Positions 13,035-25,800 of a stretch of DNA of 64,000 nucleotides are shown piece by piece; the first letter of the stretch is position 1; every line of letters begins with the position of its first letter. Source of the DNA: Squalus acanthias (lineage: Eukaryota). Below the pieces are notes generated by a model. It was not told where the DNA came from. It saw only the letters and a program-made list of their open reading frames with translations, and did no database searches. Where the stretch lies: assembly GCA_030390025.1 (NCBI GenBank), contig JASTWF010000362.1, positions 1 to 64,000 on the forward strand, read 5' to 3'. Both the position numbers and the translations under genes were made by a program.

Positions 13035-13600
13035 GTCTACAGCGCCTTTCACTACCTCTGGGCGGTCCAAAGCGCTTTACAGCCAATGACGTACATTTTT
13101 GAAACGTGGTCGCTGTTGTGATGTAGGAGACGCGGCAGCCAATTTGGGCAGAGCAAGATCCCGCAATGTGATAATGACCAGATAATCTGTTTTTAGTGCT
13201 GTTGGTTGAGGGATAAATATTGACCCAGGACTCCCTGCTCCTCTTCTTCGAAATAGTGGTCACGGGATCTTTTAGGTTCACCTGAGAGGGCAGACGGGGC
13301 CTCGGTTTAAAGTCTTATCTGAAACACGGCCCCTCCGACAGTGCGGCACTCCCTCAGTACTGCCCCTCCGACAGTGCGGCGCTCCCTCAGTACTGCCCCT
13401 CCGACAGTGCGGCGCTCCCTCAGTACTACCCCTCCGACAGTGCGGCGCTCCCTCAGCACTGCCCCTCCGACAGTGCGGCGCTCCCTCAGTACTGCCCCTC
13501 CGACAGTGTGGCGCTCCCTCAGTACTGCCCCTCCGACAGTGCGGCGCTCCCTCAGTACTGCCCCTCCGACAGTGCGGCGCTCCCTCAGCACTGCACTGGA
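13035..13600 (-). mobile_element. DeuSINE copy containing ~8 tandem 33-bp units (13330-13593)
   Basis: Deu-domain-like body followed by a cccctccgacagtgcggcgctccctcagtactg array. Confidence 0.85.
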
Positions 13601-14534
13601 TAAACTATGATCTGACCTTGAGATCTTTTGCGATTGCATTGCCTGCACAGTCTTCGGAGATGATAGATTTTTGAGTAAATTGAATAATCTAATTTTTGAC
13701 TTCTGAGTGTATCCACCGCCAATTAAATTGATGCTGGATGATACTTGTGTCCCTTGACCAGCTCTGGAGGATGCCTCACAGTCATTGACTATCTAAATGT
13801 TTACCAATTTACGATTATTCTATTTTGTGAGTGGTTGAAAGAGTTGGTCTCTAACCCCTGCTGTTGATACTCTGTTGTGAGGATGTTTAAGGAGCCTGGG
13901 GTTCCATGTTGCTGTTAATGTGGGATAAGCAGAGTTCTATAAAATGTGGAGCTTTTCCTGTTGTACAGGAGTTGTTGCTGCAGACTGATCAGGAACCTCT
14001 GCCCACAGCATCCAGTAGAGTTTTGTTTCCTCTTTCTCCCTCACGCCCTCCGAGCGGAAGAGAACTGTGGCAGAAAAGTGTCAGTGGGAATTGGGAGGGG
14101 TTAGGCGGGGGGGGGGAGAGGGTGAGAAGTGAGGGAATCGGGGAAGAGCGTCTCTTTGAGCTGCAAGGGGGTGGGGACGAGTCTGGGAAGGGGAGCAGAA
14201 GGATGAGCAGATGGTGACCATTGCTGTGCTCATCCAGTTTAGCAATGGCAAGTCCCAAAGTTCATTCACAATAATCCAGAATATCTCTGGAAGAAATGAT
14301 GGGGAAAAATCTCCCAATTTCCCCGCCCAAGTCATTTTCCATACAAGCGAGAGTAAAGCTGAGCCTCAAATGATGCCAAGCCCATACCTCACTGTTCTGT
14401 CAGTATAACTACTCATCTGCACCTCTCTGACCTCTTATGCATTCCCCCCCCCCCACCCCCCCACCCCACCCTCTCCCTTTGTCCCAGCATTGGTGACCAT
14501 CTCGTTAATCACATGCTCTGGATTTCTCGCGCTA

Positions 14535-15115
14535 AACCTCTCCGCCTCATCCGCTGCTGAAACCCTCATCCACCAGACTCGACTATTCCACCGCTCTCCT
14601 GGCCGGCCTCCCATCTTCCACCCTCCATAAACTTGAGCTCATTCAAAACTCTGCTGCCCCGTGTCCTAACTCGCACCCACTCCCGTTCACCCATCGCCCC
14701 CTGTGCTCGCTGACCTACATTGGCTCCCGGTCCGGCAACGCCTCGATTTTTAAAATTCTCGTCCTTTTTTTCAAATCCCTCCATGGCTTTGCCACACCCT
14801 ACCTCTGTAACCTCCTCCAGCCCTGCAACCCCCCGAGATCTCTGTTCTCCTCTAATTCTGGCCTCTTGAGCATCCCTGATTTCAATCGCTCCACCATTGG
14901 TGGCCGTGTCTTCAGCTGCCAAGGCCCAAAGCTCTGGAATTCCCTCCCTAAACCTCTCTTTCCTCCTCTAAGACGCTCCTTAAAACCTACCTCGTTGACC
15001 AAGCTCCTGCCCTAATATCTCCTTATGTGGCTCGGGGTCAGATATTGTTTTGATAATCGCCCCTGTGAAGCGCCCTGGGACGTTAACGGCGCTGGATAAA
15101 TACAAGTTGTTGTTG
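14535..15115 (+). mobile_element. L2-clade LINE 3' fragment with (TTG)n tail
   Basis: RLDYS..LLAGLPSSTLHKLELIQNSAA-type sequence, ggccgtgtcttcagctgcc, and tail ...aaatacaagttgttgttgtt. Confidence 0.8.
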
Positions 15116-15842
15116 TTAACACGCTCCTTAAAACCCAATTCTTCGACCAAGCTGTTGGTGACCCCTCCTAATATCTGTCTCGGCGCCTGTGCTCGTCTCA
15201 TTACTCCACTGCGAAGTACATTTAAGGCCGCTACATAAATGCAGATTGTTGTCGGGGCTGTGTTTTTTTTAAGTTTGTTTTGTTTTTATTTTCGAAGGCT
15301 AACTCTCTAGAGTAGCACGAGTGTGTTTATCAATCTAGTCCCTGAAAGGGAAAACATCGCTTAATCGACTTAAAGCTGACTCGTGGGGAGCAGCTTTTAT
15401 TTCGGAGCAGCAGGAACAAAAACTAACGTCGGGGGAAATTTGTTCCAGGAAAATTGTACTTTATATCTTTTGGATAGAATTTCCAGCACAGAAACAGGCC
15501 ATTGGGCCCACCTGGTCCGTGCCGGTGTTTCTGCTCCACACCAGCCTCCTCCCACCCTCTTCATCTCCTCGTCAACATATCCTTCTATTCCTTTCTCCCT
15601 CATGTGTTTATCTAGCCTCCCTTTAACTGCATCTGTACTATTCACCTCAACCGCTCCTTGTGGTAGTGAGTTCCACATTCTTTTAAAAGATATCGGAACG
15701 TCTTTCATCAGAAACATTAAAAATAGCACCTTTGCCCACATTGACTTTATCTAAAGAGCGCTGTGTTTCTGTGCTACTTCAGTGTAGTTTGGGTTTGAAG
15801 TTGGCTTTTTTTTTTAAAAGGCTTTATTATTCCATAACCATG

Positions 15843-16315
15843 AGTGTCAGCCAGTGGCTCAGTGGGTCGCACTCTCGCCTCCGAGTCAGAAGGTTGTGGG
15901 TTCAAGTCCCACTCCAGAGACTTGAGCACAAAAATCTAGGCTGACTCTCCCAGTGCAGTACTGAGGGAGTGCGGCACTGTCAAAGGTGCCGTCTTTCAGA
16001 TGAGACGTTAAACCGAGGCCCCGTCTGCTCTCTCGGGTGGACGTAAAAGATCCCACGGGCACTATTTCGAAGAAGAGCAGGGGAGTTCTCCCCGGTGTCC
16101 TGGGGTCAATATTTATCCCTCAATCAATATCACAAAAACAGATTATCTGGTCATTATCACATCGCTGTTTGTGGGAGCTTGCTGTGCGCAAATTGGCTGC
16201 CGCGTTTCCCACATTACAACAGTGACTACACTTCAAAAATAACTTCATTGGCTGTGAAGCGCTTTGGGACATCCGGTGGTCGTGAAAGGCACTATATAAA
16301 TGCAAGTCTTTATTT
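15843..16315 (+). mobile_element. Near full-length tRNA-derived DeuSINE (SacSINE1-like)
   Basis: A box tggctcagtgg and B box ggttcaagtcc. The central gatgagacgttaaaccgaggcccc...aaagatccca...ccccggtgtcctgg resembles the recalled Deu domain. L2-like tail gtgaagcgctttgggac...tatataaatgcaagt. Confidence 0.85.
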
Positions 16316-16892
16316 CTAGCTTTTTGAAGTACATCAATGGAGATGAAGAAGCATGTGTGTATAACTAACTCTTAGAGCAGGTACAGGGTTATATTGACGC
16401 CGAAATGTGAAAAATAGCCAAATGGTTTTTGACTGTTTCTTCCGGGGATCTCACCTTCTGTTCAGCTCCATTACCAGCCTGTATAAATGACAGATCTCAT
16501 GTTCAGTAGCAGTTTAGTTTAAGTATTCCACAGTGCAGTGCTTGGAACGGTGTATTGGTTTATATTTATGTATATTTTTTTAAAAACAACTGTTAGAACA
16601 TACTCGATAAAATGCTATTTAAAAAATGTACAAAGGAGCCCTTTAGACACTCGGCAGCTGAATGTGAGGAACTGTAATGTGATGGCACCCTCCCGTCTAG
16701 TTAATCAGGTGACATCCCAGCTCGTATATTATTAAACGCGCTCCCTGCTCTGTGTGGGTTTATAATCTCTGGAGCAAGCCAGCGCTCGTTAAACAGGCGC
16801 CTTGTTTGTTTGCGAGACAACCTCGTGAAGCTTTTCCGATTGATTTTAATCTTGACATGCTAGTTGTATAATATCAGCTTGACATATAATTT

Positions 16893-17245
16893 AGGGATTG
16901 GCCCTGGAGTCTCCAGCAATTGAAGATTAATCCCCAGGGCGTTGCCGCGGGCAACACCCGGGAGAAAGATCGAAGGGGCGTCAAAAAAAAGTTAATTTCC
17001 TTTGAACAATTTTTTTTAATTATAGTTATAAAAATATTGGAGTTGGGAATAAAGCCTGTTTGACCGGCTCATCCAATTGGGTAATGGAAGAGTCCGTTCG
17101 CTTTCCGACTGGCCGTGCGAAGGCGGGGCACCGCGAGGATGGACGTGGCAAGCGACCAATGGCGGGAGCCTGGGGGCGGGGCCAGTGGGAGGCGGGAGGT
17201 CATGTGATGAAACCTCCAGGAATATGGCCAACCAGAGTTGGCGAC
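16893..17245 (+). mobile_element. Non-autonomous element with gttggcgacc/gggttgcca-like terminus (possibly hAT-type); related copy at 62290-62555 on the minus strand
   Basis: Shared blocks ggagtctccag..aattgaagattaat..cccgggagaaa and atgaaacc.ccaggaata.g.ccaaccagagt occur in reverse complement at 62.3-62.6 kb. The class assignment is tentative. Confidence 0.55.
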
Positions 17246-17904
17246 CGTACATACGCTCCATGCTCCCCTCCTCCCCAGGCACTCTTTGCCAAATGGCCCT
17301 TATTTTAAGACAATGTATGTATTGGCCCATGATATTTGTTGCTCTGATTGAGTCGGCTTGGCATTGAAGGTTGAACCATCCCCTTTTTTTTTGCTTTTGA
17401 AGCAATATAACCCCTGTGCTGAGCAGTGCTCAGAGCTAGAGTACAGGCAGTCAGGAAACTTTACCCCTTCTTGTGTCTGGTCGAGTGATGTGATGTAACT
17501 GAGAATTCACATTCTTTTTTTTTAAATCACGCCCGGCATGATAGTAAACGGGACTGTTACAAATGACTGACTGCAGCTCTGTCCCAAGGACAGACTGAGA
17601 ACTGTTGCTGTCTCTTTGAGTCTGAAATCCACGTTAGTAAATATGAAATGTTATTAAAACTATAAATAATTTTAGTTTTATGGAGTGAAATCTTTTTTTT
17701 TTAAATCCTGAATTCTGGAAACCACAATTCCAGGGGACCGGGCTAGTTAATGGTAACCATGGAAATGCTGCTGTTAGTTCTTTTGCCCGAGTGAGTGTGA
17801 GTGTGTGGGGCTTTAAAAAAAATATATAGGTTTCTCTAAACAAAACCAATTGGGTCCTGAGTACGGTTGGCAACAAATGACAAGAGATCCAAGTGCCAGG
17901 TACC

Positions 17905-19136
17905 TTGGCCTCTTGCACATCCCTGATTTCCATTGCTCCACCTTTGGCGGCCGTGCCTTCTGTTGCCTAGGCCCTAAGCTCTGGAATTCCCTCCTTAAAC
18001 CTCTCCGCCTCGCTACATCTCTCTCCTCCTTTAAGATGCTCCTTAAAACCTGCCTCTTTCACCAAACTTTTGGTCACCATAAGAAATAGGAGCAGGAGTA
18101 GGCCATACGGCCCCTCGCGCCTGCTCCGCCATTCAATAAGATCATGGTTGATCATCAACCTCAACTCCACTTTCCCGCCCGATCTCCATATCCCTTGATT
18201 CCTTGCTCTCGAGGCCGTACAAAGAAGGTTCACTCGGTTAATTCCGGGGATGAGGGGGTGGACATATGAGGAGAGGTTGAGTAGATTGTGACTCTACTCA
18301 TTGGAGTTCAGAAGAATGAGAGGCGATCTTATTGAAACATATAAGATTGTGAAGGGGCTTGATCGGGTGGACGCGGTGAGGATGTTCCCAATGATGGGTG
18401 AAACTAGAACTAGGGGACATAATCTTAGAATAAGGGGCTGCTCTTTCAAAACTGAGATGAGGAGAAACTTTTTCACTCAGAGGGTAGTGGGTCTGTGGAA
18501 TTTGCTACCCCAGGAAGCTGTGGAAGCTACTTCATTAAATAAATTTAAAACAGAAATAGACCGTTTCCTAGAAGTAAAGGGAATTAGGGGTTACGGGGAG
18601 CGGGCTGGAAATTGGACATGAGTTTGAGTTCGGATCGGTCAAGGCCCTGTGGGTGGCGGAGCGGGCCCAGGGGCTGAGTGGCCTGGTCCTGCTCCTATTT
18701 CTTATGTTCTTATGATTCCCCTAGAGTCCAAAAATATATTGATCTCAGCCTTGAATATACTCAAAGACTCAGCATGCACAGCTCTCTGGGGCAGAGAATT
18801 CCAAAGATTCACCACCCTCTGAGTGAAGAAATTCCTCCTCATCTCAGTCCTAAATAGTCGACCCCTTATCCTGAGACTGTGACCCCCTAGTTCTAGACTC
18901 TCCAGCCAAGGGAAACAACCTCTCAGCATCTACCCTGTCAATCCCGCTCAGAATCTTGTATGTTTCAATGAGATCACCTCTAATTCTTCCGGAGAGTATA
19001 GGCCCATTCTACACAATGTCCTAACCTGTCCTAATATCTCCTTATGTGGCTCGGTGTCAAATTTTGTTTGATAATCGCTCCTGTGAAGCGCCTTAGGATG
19101 TTTTACTACTATATAAATGCAAGTTGTTGTTGTTGT
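17905..19136. mobile_element. Nested cluster: L2 tail interrupted by a minus-strand CR1, itself interrupted by a plus-strand CR1 (~18205-18715)
   Basis: L2 tail halves at 17905-18078 and 19020-19136. CR1 ORFs at 18301..18621 (+) and 18702..18929 (-). Confidence 0.78.
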
Positions 19137-19834
19137 AGAGGGGCTATTATTCATGGATTTTCTACATTGGGCAATATTGGTCGGTCATTGGACTGTGCAA
19201 AAGAGAATTAACACTCTGACTGTGGATTGTGTTGGATTTACATGGAAAGGGTTTCTGTCAGACCCGTGTGCCTTGGACACCAGGATGTGTTGGAGTTCTT
19301 GGGAGGATGGTACACCTGGGGACTTGCATTGGGCTGATTTATTTTAACACTTTCTCCTCGATCTCCTAGTCTCCCATTGGTGATCGGGTGGCTAGACCAG
19401 ATAGCCTGTCCCTGACCTCTACCAATCCTGCTGTTGTAACTTCCTAGAGCAGGGAGTGAGAGGTTGGCCTGAGAGTTCTCTCTCCCTTACCCCCCCCCCC
19501 GCCACTCCCTGCGGGTCAAGCCCGAGACTCCCGGGACATGTGTGGCCTTTGGAATTTGCCATGTGCAATGGGTCAGTGTTAAACTGCAATCCACATACAG
19601 CAGAAATGAAGATGACAACTAATCATCTTGAGCAGAGAAGGTCACATTTCAAGATAAATGCCAGAATTGTTGGCATTTTGCAGCAGCAGCTCCCTCCTGA
19701 ACCAATGCCTTGTGACCGAGAGCGGTGGGGGAAGGGTCTGTCTCCGCAGGCTTCAGGTGAAAGGCTATATTCTCTCATTATAAGCTAAAAACTTCATAGG
19801 ATGTAGTAGAAGACATTGAACATAGGAGCAGTAA

Positions 19835-20045
19835 TCTGTCTGTCTGTCTGTCTCTGTCTGTCTGTCTCTGTCTGTCTGTCTGTCTCTGTCTGTCTGTCTG
19901 TCTCTGTCTGTCTGTCTGTCTCTGTCTGTCTGTCTGTCTCTGTCTGTCTGTCTGTCTCTCTCTCTGTCTGTCTCTCTCTCTGTCTGTCTCTCTCTCTCTC
20001 TCTGTCTCTCTGTCTGTCTCTCTGTCTGTCTGTCTGTCTGTCTCT
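19835..20045. repeat. (TCTG)n/(TC)n microsatellite
   Basis: Seen directly. Confidence 0.95.
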
Positions 20046-20498
20046 GGTTTATTTTTTTCCCCTTTGTCTGCCTGTCTGTCTGTTTTTCTTTCCCGTCTTG
20101 AGTTCAATATGTGGATCCTTCCGTGCATTGTGTTGTACGGCTTCCCCCTCCCATCCCATCTCCTTTTTGATCTACAAACTGTCCTTTTTTATTAAAATGA
20201 AACATAGCAATAATTTTTTTTTGTCATGAATATTTTGAGTCATTTGGTAGCTTAGCAATTAAACAGTGATCTTGAGACTAACCCGATTGTCCAAGTTCCG
20301 ACCAACTGGCCTAATACAAGTTCTGCACTGAGCCTGTTGCTCGGTGAAGGCGATGATTCATGGCTGTCCATGAATTGTCAACCAATATTTATTGTTTTCA
20401 CCAATCCCCACCGGTGCAGGGTTGTTTGAGGGTTCGAGTGTTGTCTGTGCGTAGATTCGTCTTCTCTGATACGGTTTCTCTCCCGTGTTCTCTCCCAG

Positions 20499-20640
20499 TT
20501 CACCGAGGAGAAGCTAGGACAGGCGGAGAAGACCGAGTTGGATGCGCACTTCGAGAATCTCCTGAGCCGCGCCGACAGCACCAAGAACTGGACAGAAAAG
20601 ATCCTCCGGCAGACGGAAGTCTTGCTTCAACCCAACCCAA
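20499..20640 (+). CDS. SH3GLB2: Endophilin B2 coding exon (probable exon 2, 142 nt): FTEEKLGQAEKTELDAHFENLLSRADSTKNWTEKILRQTEVLLQPNP
   Basis: Pyrimidine tract and CAG acceptor (tctcccag|TTC); donor CCAA|gtaaga. The translation matches the recalled endophilin B N-BAR N-terminus, with B2-type ADSTKNWTEKILRQ. The phase-1 end joins the next exon in frame. Confidence 0.96.
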
Positions 20641-21944
20641 GTAAGATCGACCGAAGGGTACTCAATCTGCTTCCCGTCAGTCAACATTTCAAACACATTT
20701 AGAACCTTGTCGGGATATGACTGGAGTTGGGCCCGAGTTAGGAGGGGAGTTAGGAAACACTTCTTCACACACAAAGGGCGGTGGATGTGTGGAACTCTCG
20801 CTCCTACAAAAAGCAGCAGGCGCGAGTTCAATTCATCATTTTAAAATCGGAGATCGGTAGATTTTTTGCTAGACAAGGGTATGAAAGGAGATGGAGCCAA
20901 GGTGGGTGGATGGAGTTAAGGTGCAGATCAGCCGCGATCTCATTGAACGGAGGAACAGGCTCGAGGGGCTGAACGGCCGCCTCCTGTTCCTGAAGGTGAA
21001 GGGGATCGAAGTGTAACTTGTTTTTAGGGCATTGGTGGTTGTAAAGTTTGACTCTGAACTTGCTTTTGAACAGTCATCCTCACTGAAGCCTCACCTGGTT
21101 GGACTCCACAAGTCCATACTTCACCTTTCCCAGTGACTACACGGCGTAAAGTACCTCATCAGCTGCGAACCTGACGGACAGCAAAAGGCCCGCTGGTCCA
21201 TCCAGCCTGCCCCATTGATTGGGATGCCGAGTGCGTCACAATACAGATACTCCCCACCAATGTTACCCCTCATTTTTTGCGGGGCGGGGGAGGGGGGGTT
21301 AACACGGCCCATTCACAGTTTCGCGCATGCGTGACATTTAACAAGGGGAAAGGCCGGTCCCAGGCCGTGCGGGGCTGACACAGAGCTGCGCGGCCATGAG
21401 CTTGGAGGGAACATTGCTCCCCGTGGAGTCTCCTGGGAGAGGCGACAAACAGATAAAAGCCCAGGACAAATGGAGGGGGGGTGGGTGGGGGGGAAATAAT
21501 CTGGAAAATTCACCTCCGACCCCTTTGTGTGAGTTGGTTGTGAAAGGCACAATATAAATCCACAGCCGTTCCCCGTCATTCGATATTTTCCCCCCCTTCC
21601 TCCTAAATTTTGTGAGGTGAGAAAAGCTGAGTTGTGTTGTGTGGCCCTAGAGGTTTTGATGAGGCACCATTAGCTTGGTTATTGTGCAGGCGGATGTAAT
21701 ATAGAAACGGTGCTTCACTCCTTAGTACCAATACCCCCGGCCCTTGCCTCACAACTCAACACGTTTGAGCATCCTGGGCAGGTTGAATAGCCAGAGAGCT
21801 TGCTGAGATGTGTACCGTGTTTGAGCCTCTACCACGAAACAGTAGGACACAGGTTTGTGTCTGATTCTCTGAACTCTGAATGCTGAATTTCAGCTACACT
21901 ACCCTGAGGAGGCACTGAATAAAACACAGGCATGGTCCCACCGG

Positions 21945-22202
21945 GAGGGGGAGAGCCCCAAGGTGTGGGCTGGAGGGGGAGAGCCCCAAGGTGTGGGCTG
22001 GAGGGGGAGAGCCCCAAGGTGTGGGCTGGAGGGGGAGAGCCCCAAGGTGTGGGCTGGAGGGGGAGAGCCCCAAGGTGTGGGCAGGAGGGGGAGAGCCCCA
22101 AGGTGCGGGCTGGAGGGGGAGACCCCCAAGGTGCGGGCAGGAGGGGGAGAGCCCCAAGGTGCGGGCAGGAGGGGGAGAGCCCCAAGGTGCGGGCTGGAGG
22201 GA
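21945..22202. repeat. 28-bp G-rich minisatellite, ~9 copies (ggagggggagagccccaaggtgtgggct)
   Basis: Seen directly. Two ORF starts 28 nt apart (21963, 21991) confirm the period. Confidence 0.95.
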
Positions 22203-22249
22203 AGCGTGGATTAGTGTTCTAGAGGATAAATGTCCTACAGTTTTCTATC

Positions 22250-22868
22250 ACCGCCTCAGCTCATCTGCTGCTGAAACCCTCATCCATGCCTTTGTTACCT
22301 CTAGACTCGACTATTCCAACGCTCTCCCGGCTGGCCTCCCATCTTTCAACCTCCATAAACTTGAGCTCGTCCAAAACTCTGCTGCCCCCTGTGTCCTAAC
22401 TCGCACCAAGTCCCGTTCACCCATCACCCCCTCTGCTTGCTGACCGACATTGGCTCCCGGTCCGGCAAAGCCTCCATTTTAAAATTCTCATTCTTGTTTT
22501 CAAATCCCTCCATGGCCTCACCGCTCCCTCTCTCTGTAACCTGCTCCAGCCCCACAACCCCCCGAGATCTCTGCGCTCCTCTAATTCTGGCCTCTTGCGC
22601 ATCCCCCGATTTCCATCGCTCCACCATTGGCGGCCGTGCCTTCAGCTGCCTGGGCCCCGAGCTCTGGAATTCCCTCCCTAAACCTCTCCGCCTCTCTCCC
22701 CTCCTTTAAGACATTCCTTAAAACCTCCCTCTTTGACCAAACTTTTGGTCACCTGTCCTAATATCTCCTTAAGCGGCTCGGAGTCAAATTTTGTTAACGC
22801 TCCTGTGAAGCGCCGCGGGATGTTTTACTGCGTTAAGTGCGCTGTATAAATACCAGTTGTTGTTGTTA
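22250..22868 (+). mobile_element. L2-clade LINE 3' fragment
   Basis: AAETLIHAFVTSRLDYSNALPAGLP...LVQNSAA and a (TTG)n tail. Confidence 0.88.
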
Positions 22869-23351
22869 ATATGTAGCAATGACCCTTTTAGATTTACTGT
22901 ACGGTCTGTCACTCCAGCCCTGCGTTCCCTGCACTCTAACCGGTGGCGTTTGCTCTGTATCTTTAAAGATGCCGTCATACTTGGGTACGGAGCCCAACAC
23001 TTTTCCTGAGACATCTCCAGAGGCCCCTTCATTAGAGCAGTCTGGTTTAGTAAATTACCCAGTAATTTGGACCATTTTAGATCGCAGGATAGGCGAGGGC
23101 CCCTTCAGCCTGTTTGATGCCAAGCCAACAGCCAGCTGTTGAGTCTGAAATCCTGGCCTCAGCTACCTTTCTGCATTCCCATTCGCCGCAGGCCCTTCGC
23201 AACCTTACACCAGCCCTTCTGACACTTGGCGCTCAGCCTGCTTGTCTTTCTGGGTGGTCCCTTTCTATATCGCCATGACTGCGGCCGTATTCAGCAGCTC
23301 CTCCGGCCCGACCGGGGCCCTGTCCAACCGCACCGTGACCGTCCAACAAAA

Positions 23352-23557
23352 AAAAGCAAAAAATGCTGCGGATGCTGGAGAAACACTCGGCGGGCCGGGC
23401 AGCGTCTGTTAACAGAGTTAACGTTCCGGGTGGTTGACCTTTCATCAGAACTGGTGAACGGACGTGGACCGGAAACGTTAACCCTACGTTTTTCCCTCTC
23501 CATAGATGCTCCCTGGTCTGCTGAGTGTTTTCCAGCAATCCGCAGTATTTTGCTTTT
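23352..23557. mobile_element. Inverted (hairpin) pair of Penelope-like terminal segments
   Basis: The left arm aaaagcaaaaaatgctgcggatgctggagaaacactc is the reverse complement of the right arm gagtgttttccagcaatccgcagtattttgctttt. The arms resemble the PLE 3' end at 49200-49305. Confidence 0.75.
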
Positions 23558-24249
23558 GTCCGATGGTCTGCATTTTCTCTTTGCATCGTGACCTTTGGTG
23601 AATTGAGCCCCACTGATTTTTGGCGGTTTAATCCACGACCCCAATGTCATTTGTTTATTGGTGCCCTGCATTAGAATGTTAATGGTTTGTCCGATCAGAA
23701 ATTCTATTCTGATACCCGCGACCTCTTCCACCTCGAAGGACATGGGCAGGAGGTGCATGGGAACACCACCACCTCCATCCCTGGAACTCCCTCCCTAACA
23801 GCACTGTGGGGAGTACCTTCACCACACGGGACTGCAGCGGTTCAAGAAGGCGGCTCACCACCACCTTCTCGAGGGCAATTAGGGATGGGCAATAAATGAC
23901 GGCCTTGTCAGCGACGCCCACATCCCATAAACGAATAAAAGAAAAATCAGCAATTGCGTGGTGTTTTAGAGATGCGTAGGTCTTTTGGTCACCTTACACG
24001 GTCCCTGTAATCTCTGCTGGTACAGCACACCTACTATGTGGGGTACTGCTGTAGCACTAAGCAGATGGGGTAACGCTGTCAAATGTATTACATAGAATTC
24101 ACAGCACTGAAACAGGCCATTAGGCCCAACTGGTCCGTGCCGGCGTTTATGCTCCACACTAGCCTCCTCCCACCCCTCGTCATCTCGCCCCATCAGCAGA
24201 TCCTTCTATTCCCTTCTCCCTCGTGTGTTTATCCAGCTTCTGAATTGTA

Positions 24250-24885
24250 TGTTGGCCTTCATTGCAAGAGGATTTGAGTACAGGAGCAAGGATGTCTTAC
24301 TAGAGTTGTACAGGGCCTTGGTGAGACCACACCTGGAATAGTGTGTGCAGTTTAGGTCTCCTTACCTAAGAAAGGATATACTTGCCATAGAGGGAGTGCA
24401 GCGAAGGTTCACCAGACTGATTCCTGGGATGGCAGGACTGTCGTATGAGGAGAGATTGGGTCGACTGGGCCTGTATTCACTAGAGTTTAGAAGAATGAGA
24501 GGAGATCTCATTGAAACGTATAAAATTCTGACAGGGCGAGACAGACTGGGTGCAGGGAGGATGTTTCCCCTGGCTGGGGGGTCTAGAACGAGGGGTCACA
24601 GTCTCAGGATACGGGGCAGGACATTTAGGACTGAGATGAGGAGAAATTTTTTCACTCAGAGGGTGGTGAACCTGTGGAATTCTCTACCACAGAAGGCTGT
24701 GGAGGCCAAGTCACTGAATATATTTAAGGAGATAGATAGATTTCTAGACACAAAAGGCATCAAGGGGTATGGGGAGAGAGCGGGGATATGGTATTGAGAT
24801 AGAGGATCAGCCATGATCATATTGAATGGCGGAGCAGGCTCGAAGGGCCGAATGGCCGACTCCTGCTCCTATGTTTCTATGTTTC
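24250..24885 (+). mobile_element. CR1 LINE 3' fragment
   Basis: ORF 24345..24797 (IEGVQRRFTRLIPGM...WNSLPQKAVEA) plus tail. Confidence 0.92.
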
Positions 24886-25409
24886 TTCCCTTTAATTGCC
24901 TCTCTGCTATTCGCCTCAACCGCTCCCTGTGGTCAGTAGCTCCTTGATGACATTCTCTTCAATCCTATTCTCGGCTGGGCTTTTCTTGTACGCTGGCCTT
25001 CTGGATGGGCCTGTCTTTAAATTATCGCCGTCACGATTAGTTGGCGTCTGACTGCGATTAGACCTTCTCCTTCCAGATTAAGTTGTGAGGTGACCTTTTC
25101 TGGAGCTGTCACTTTGGTCTGCACATTAGCGATGCACAATGGGGGAGCATTGTGGCCTCTCCTCTGGAGAACTCTGCGCTGTGCTGCGAGTCTGCTGGAA
25201 GGTGACCAGTCCAGTGAAGCTGATGAATTTCCTTTACATAAGAACATATGAATGAGGAGCAGGAGTCGGCTATACGGCCCCTCGAGCCTGCTCCATCATT
25301 TAATAAGATCATGGCTGATCTTTGACCTCAACTCCACTTTCCCACCCGATCCCCATAGCCCTTGATTCCCCGAGAGTCCAAAAATCTATCTATCTCAGTC
25401 TTGAATACA

Positions 25410-25800
25410 GAAAGAAAGACTTGCATTTCTATAGCGCCTTTCATGACCACAGGACGTCCCAAAGCGCTTTACAGCCAATGAAGTACTTTTTGAAGTGTAG
25501 TCACTGTTGTAATGTGGGAAACGCGGCAGCCAATTTGCACACAGCAAGCTCCCACAAACAGCAATGTGATAATGACCAGATAATCTGTTTTTAGTGATGT
25601 TGGTTGAGAGATAAATCTTGGCCCCAGGACACCGGGGAGAACTCCCCTGCTCTTCTTCAAAACAGTGCCGTGGGATCTTTCATGTCCACCTGAGAGAGCA
25701 GACGGGGCCTCAGTTTAACGTCTCATCCGAAAGACGGCACCTCCGACAGTGCGGCACTCCCTCGGTACTGGCACTTGGAGTATCGGCCTGGATTATGCGC
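25410..25800 (-). mobile_element. DeuSINE copy
   Basis: Reverse complement of the body and tail of 15843-16315. Confidence 0.83.

Noticed and set aside
15843..15915. tRNA-like sequences with A and B boxes (also ~30430, 51130, 53500, 57025)
   Set aside because: These are SINE heads continuous with SINE bodies, not standalone tRNA genes.
1..20498. SH3GLB2 exon 1 (MDFN.KKLASDAG...RAVQ)
   Set aside because: No matching coding sequence found by eye. It presumably lies upstream of the window.
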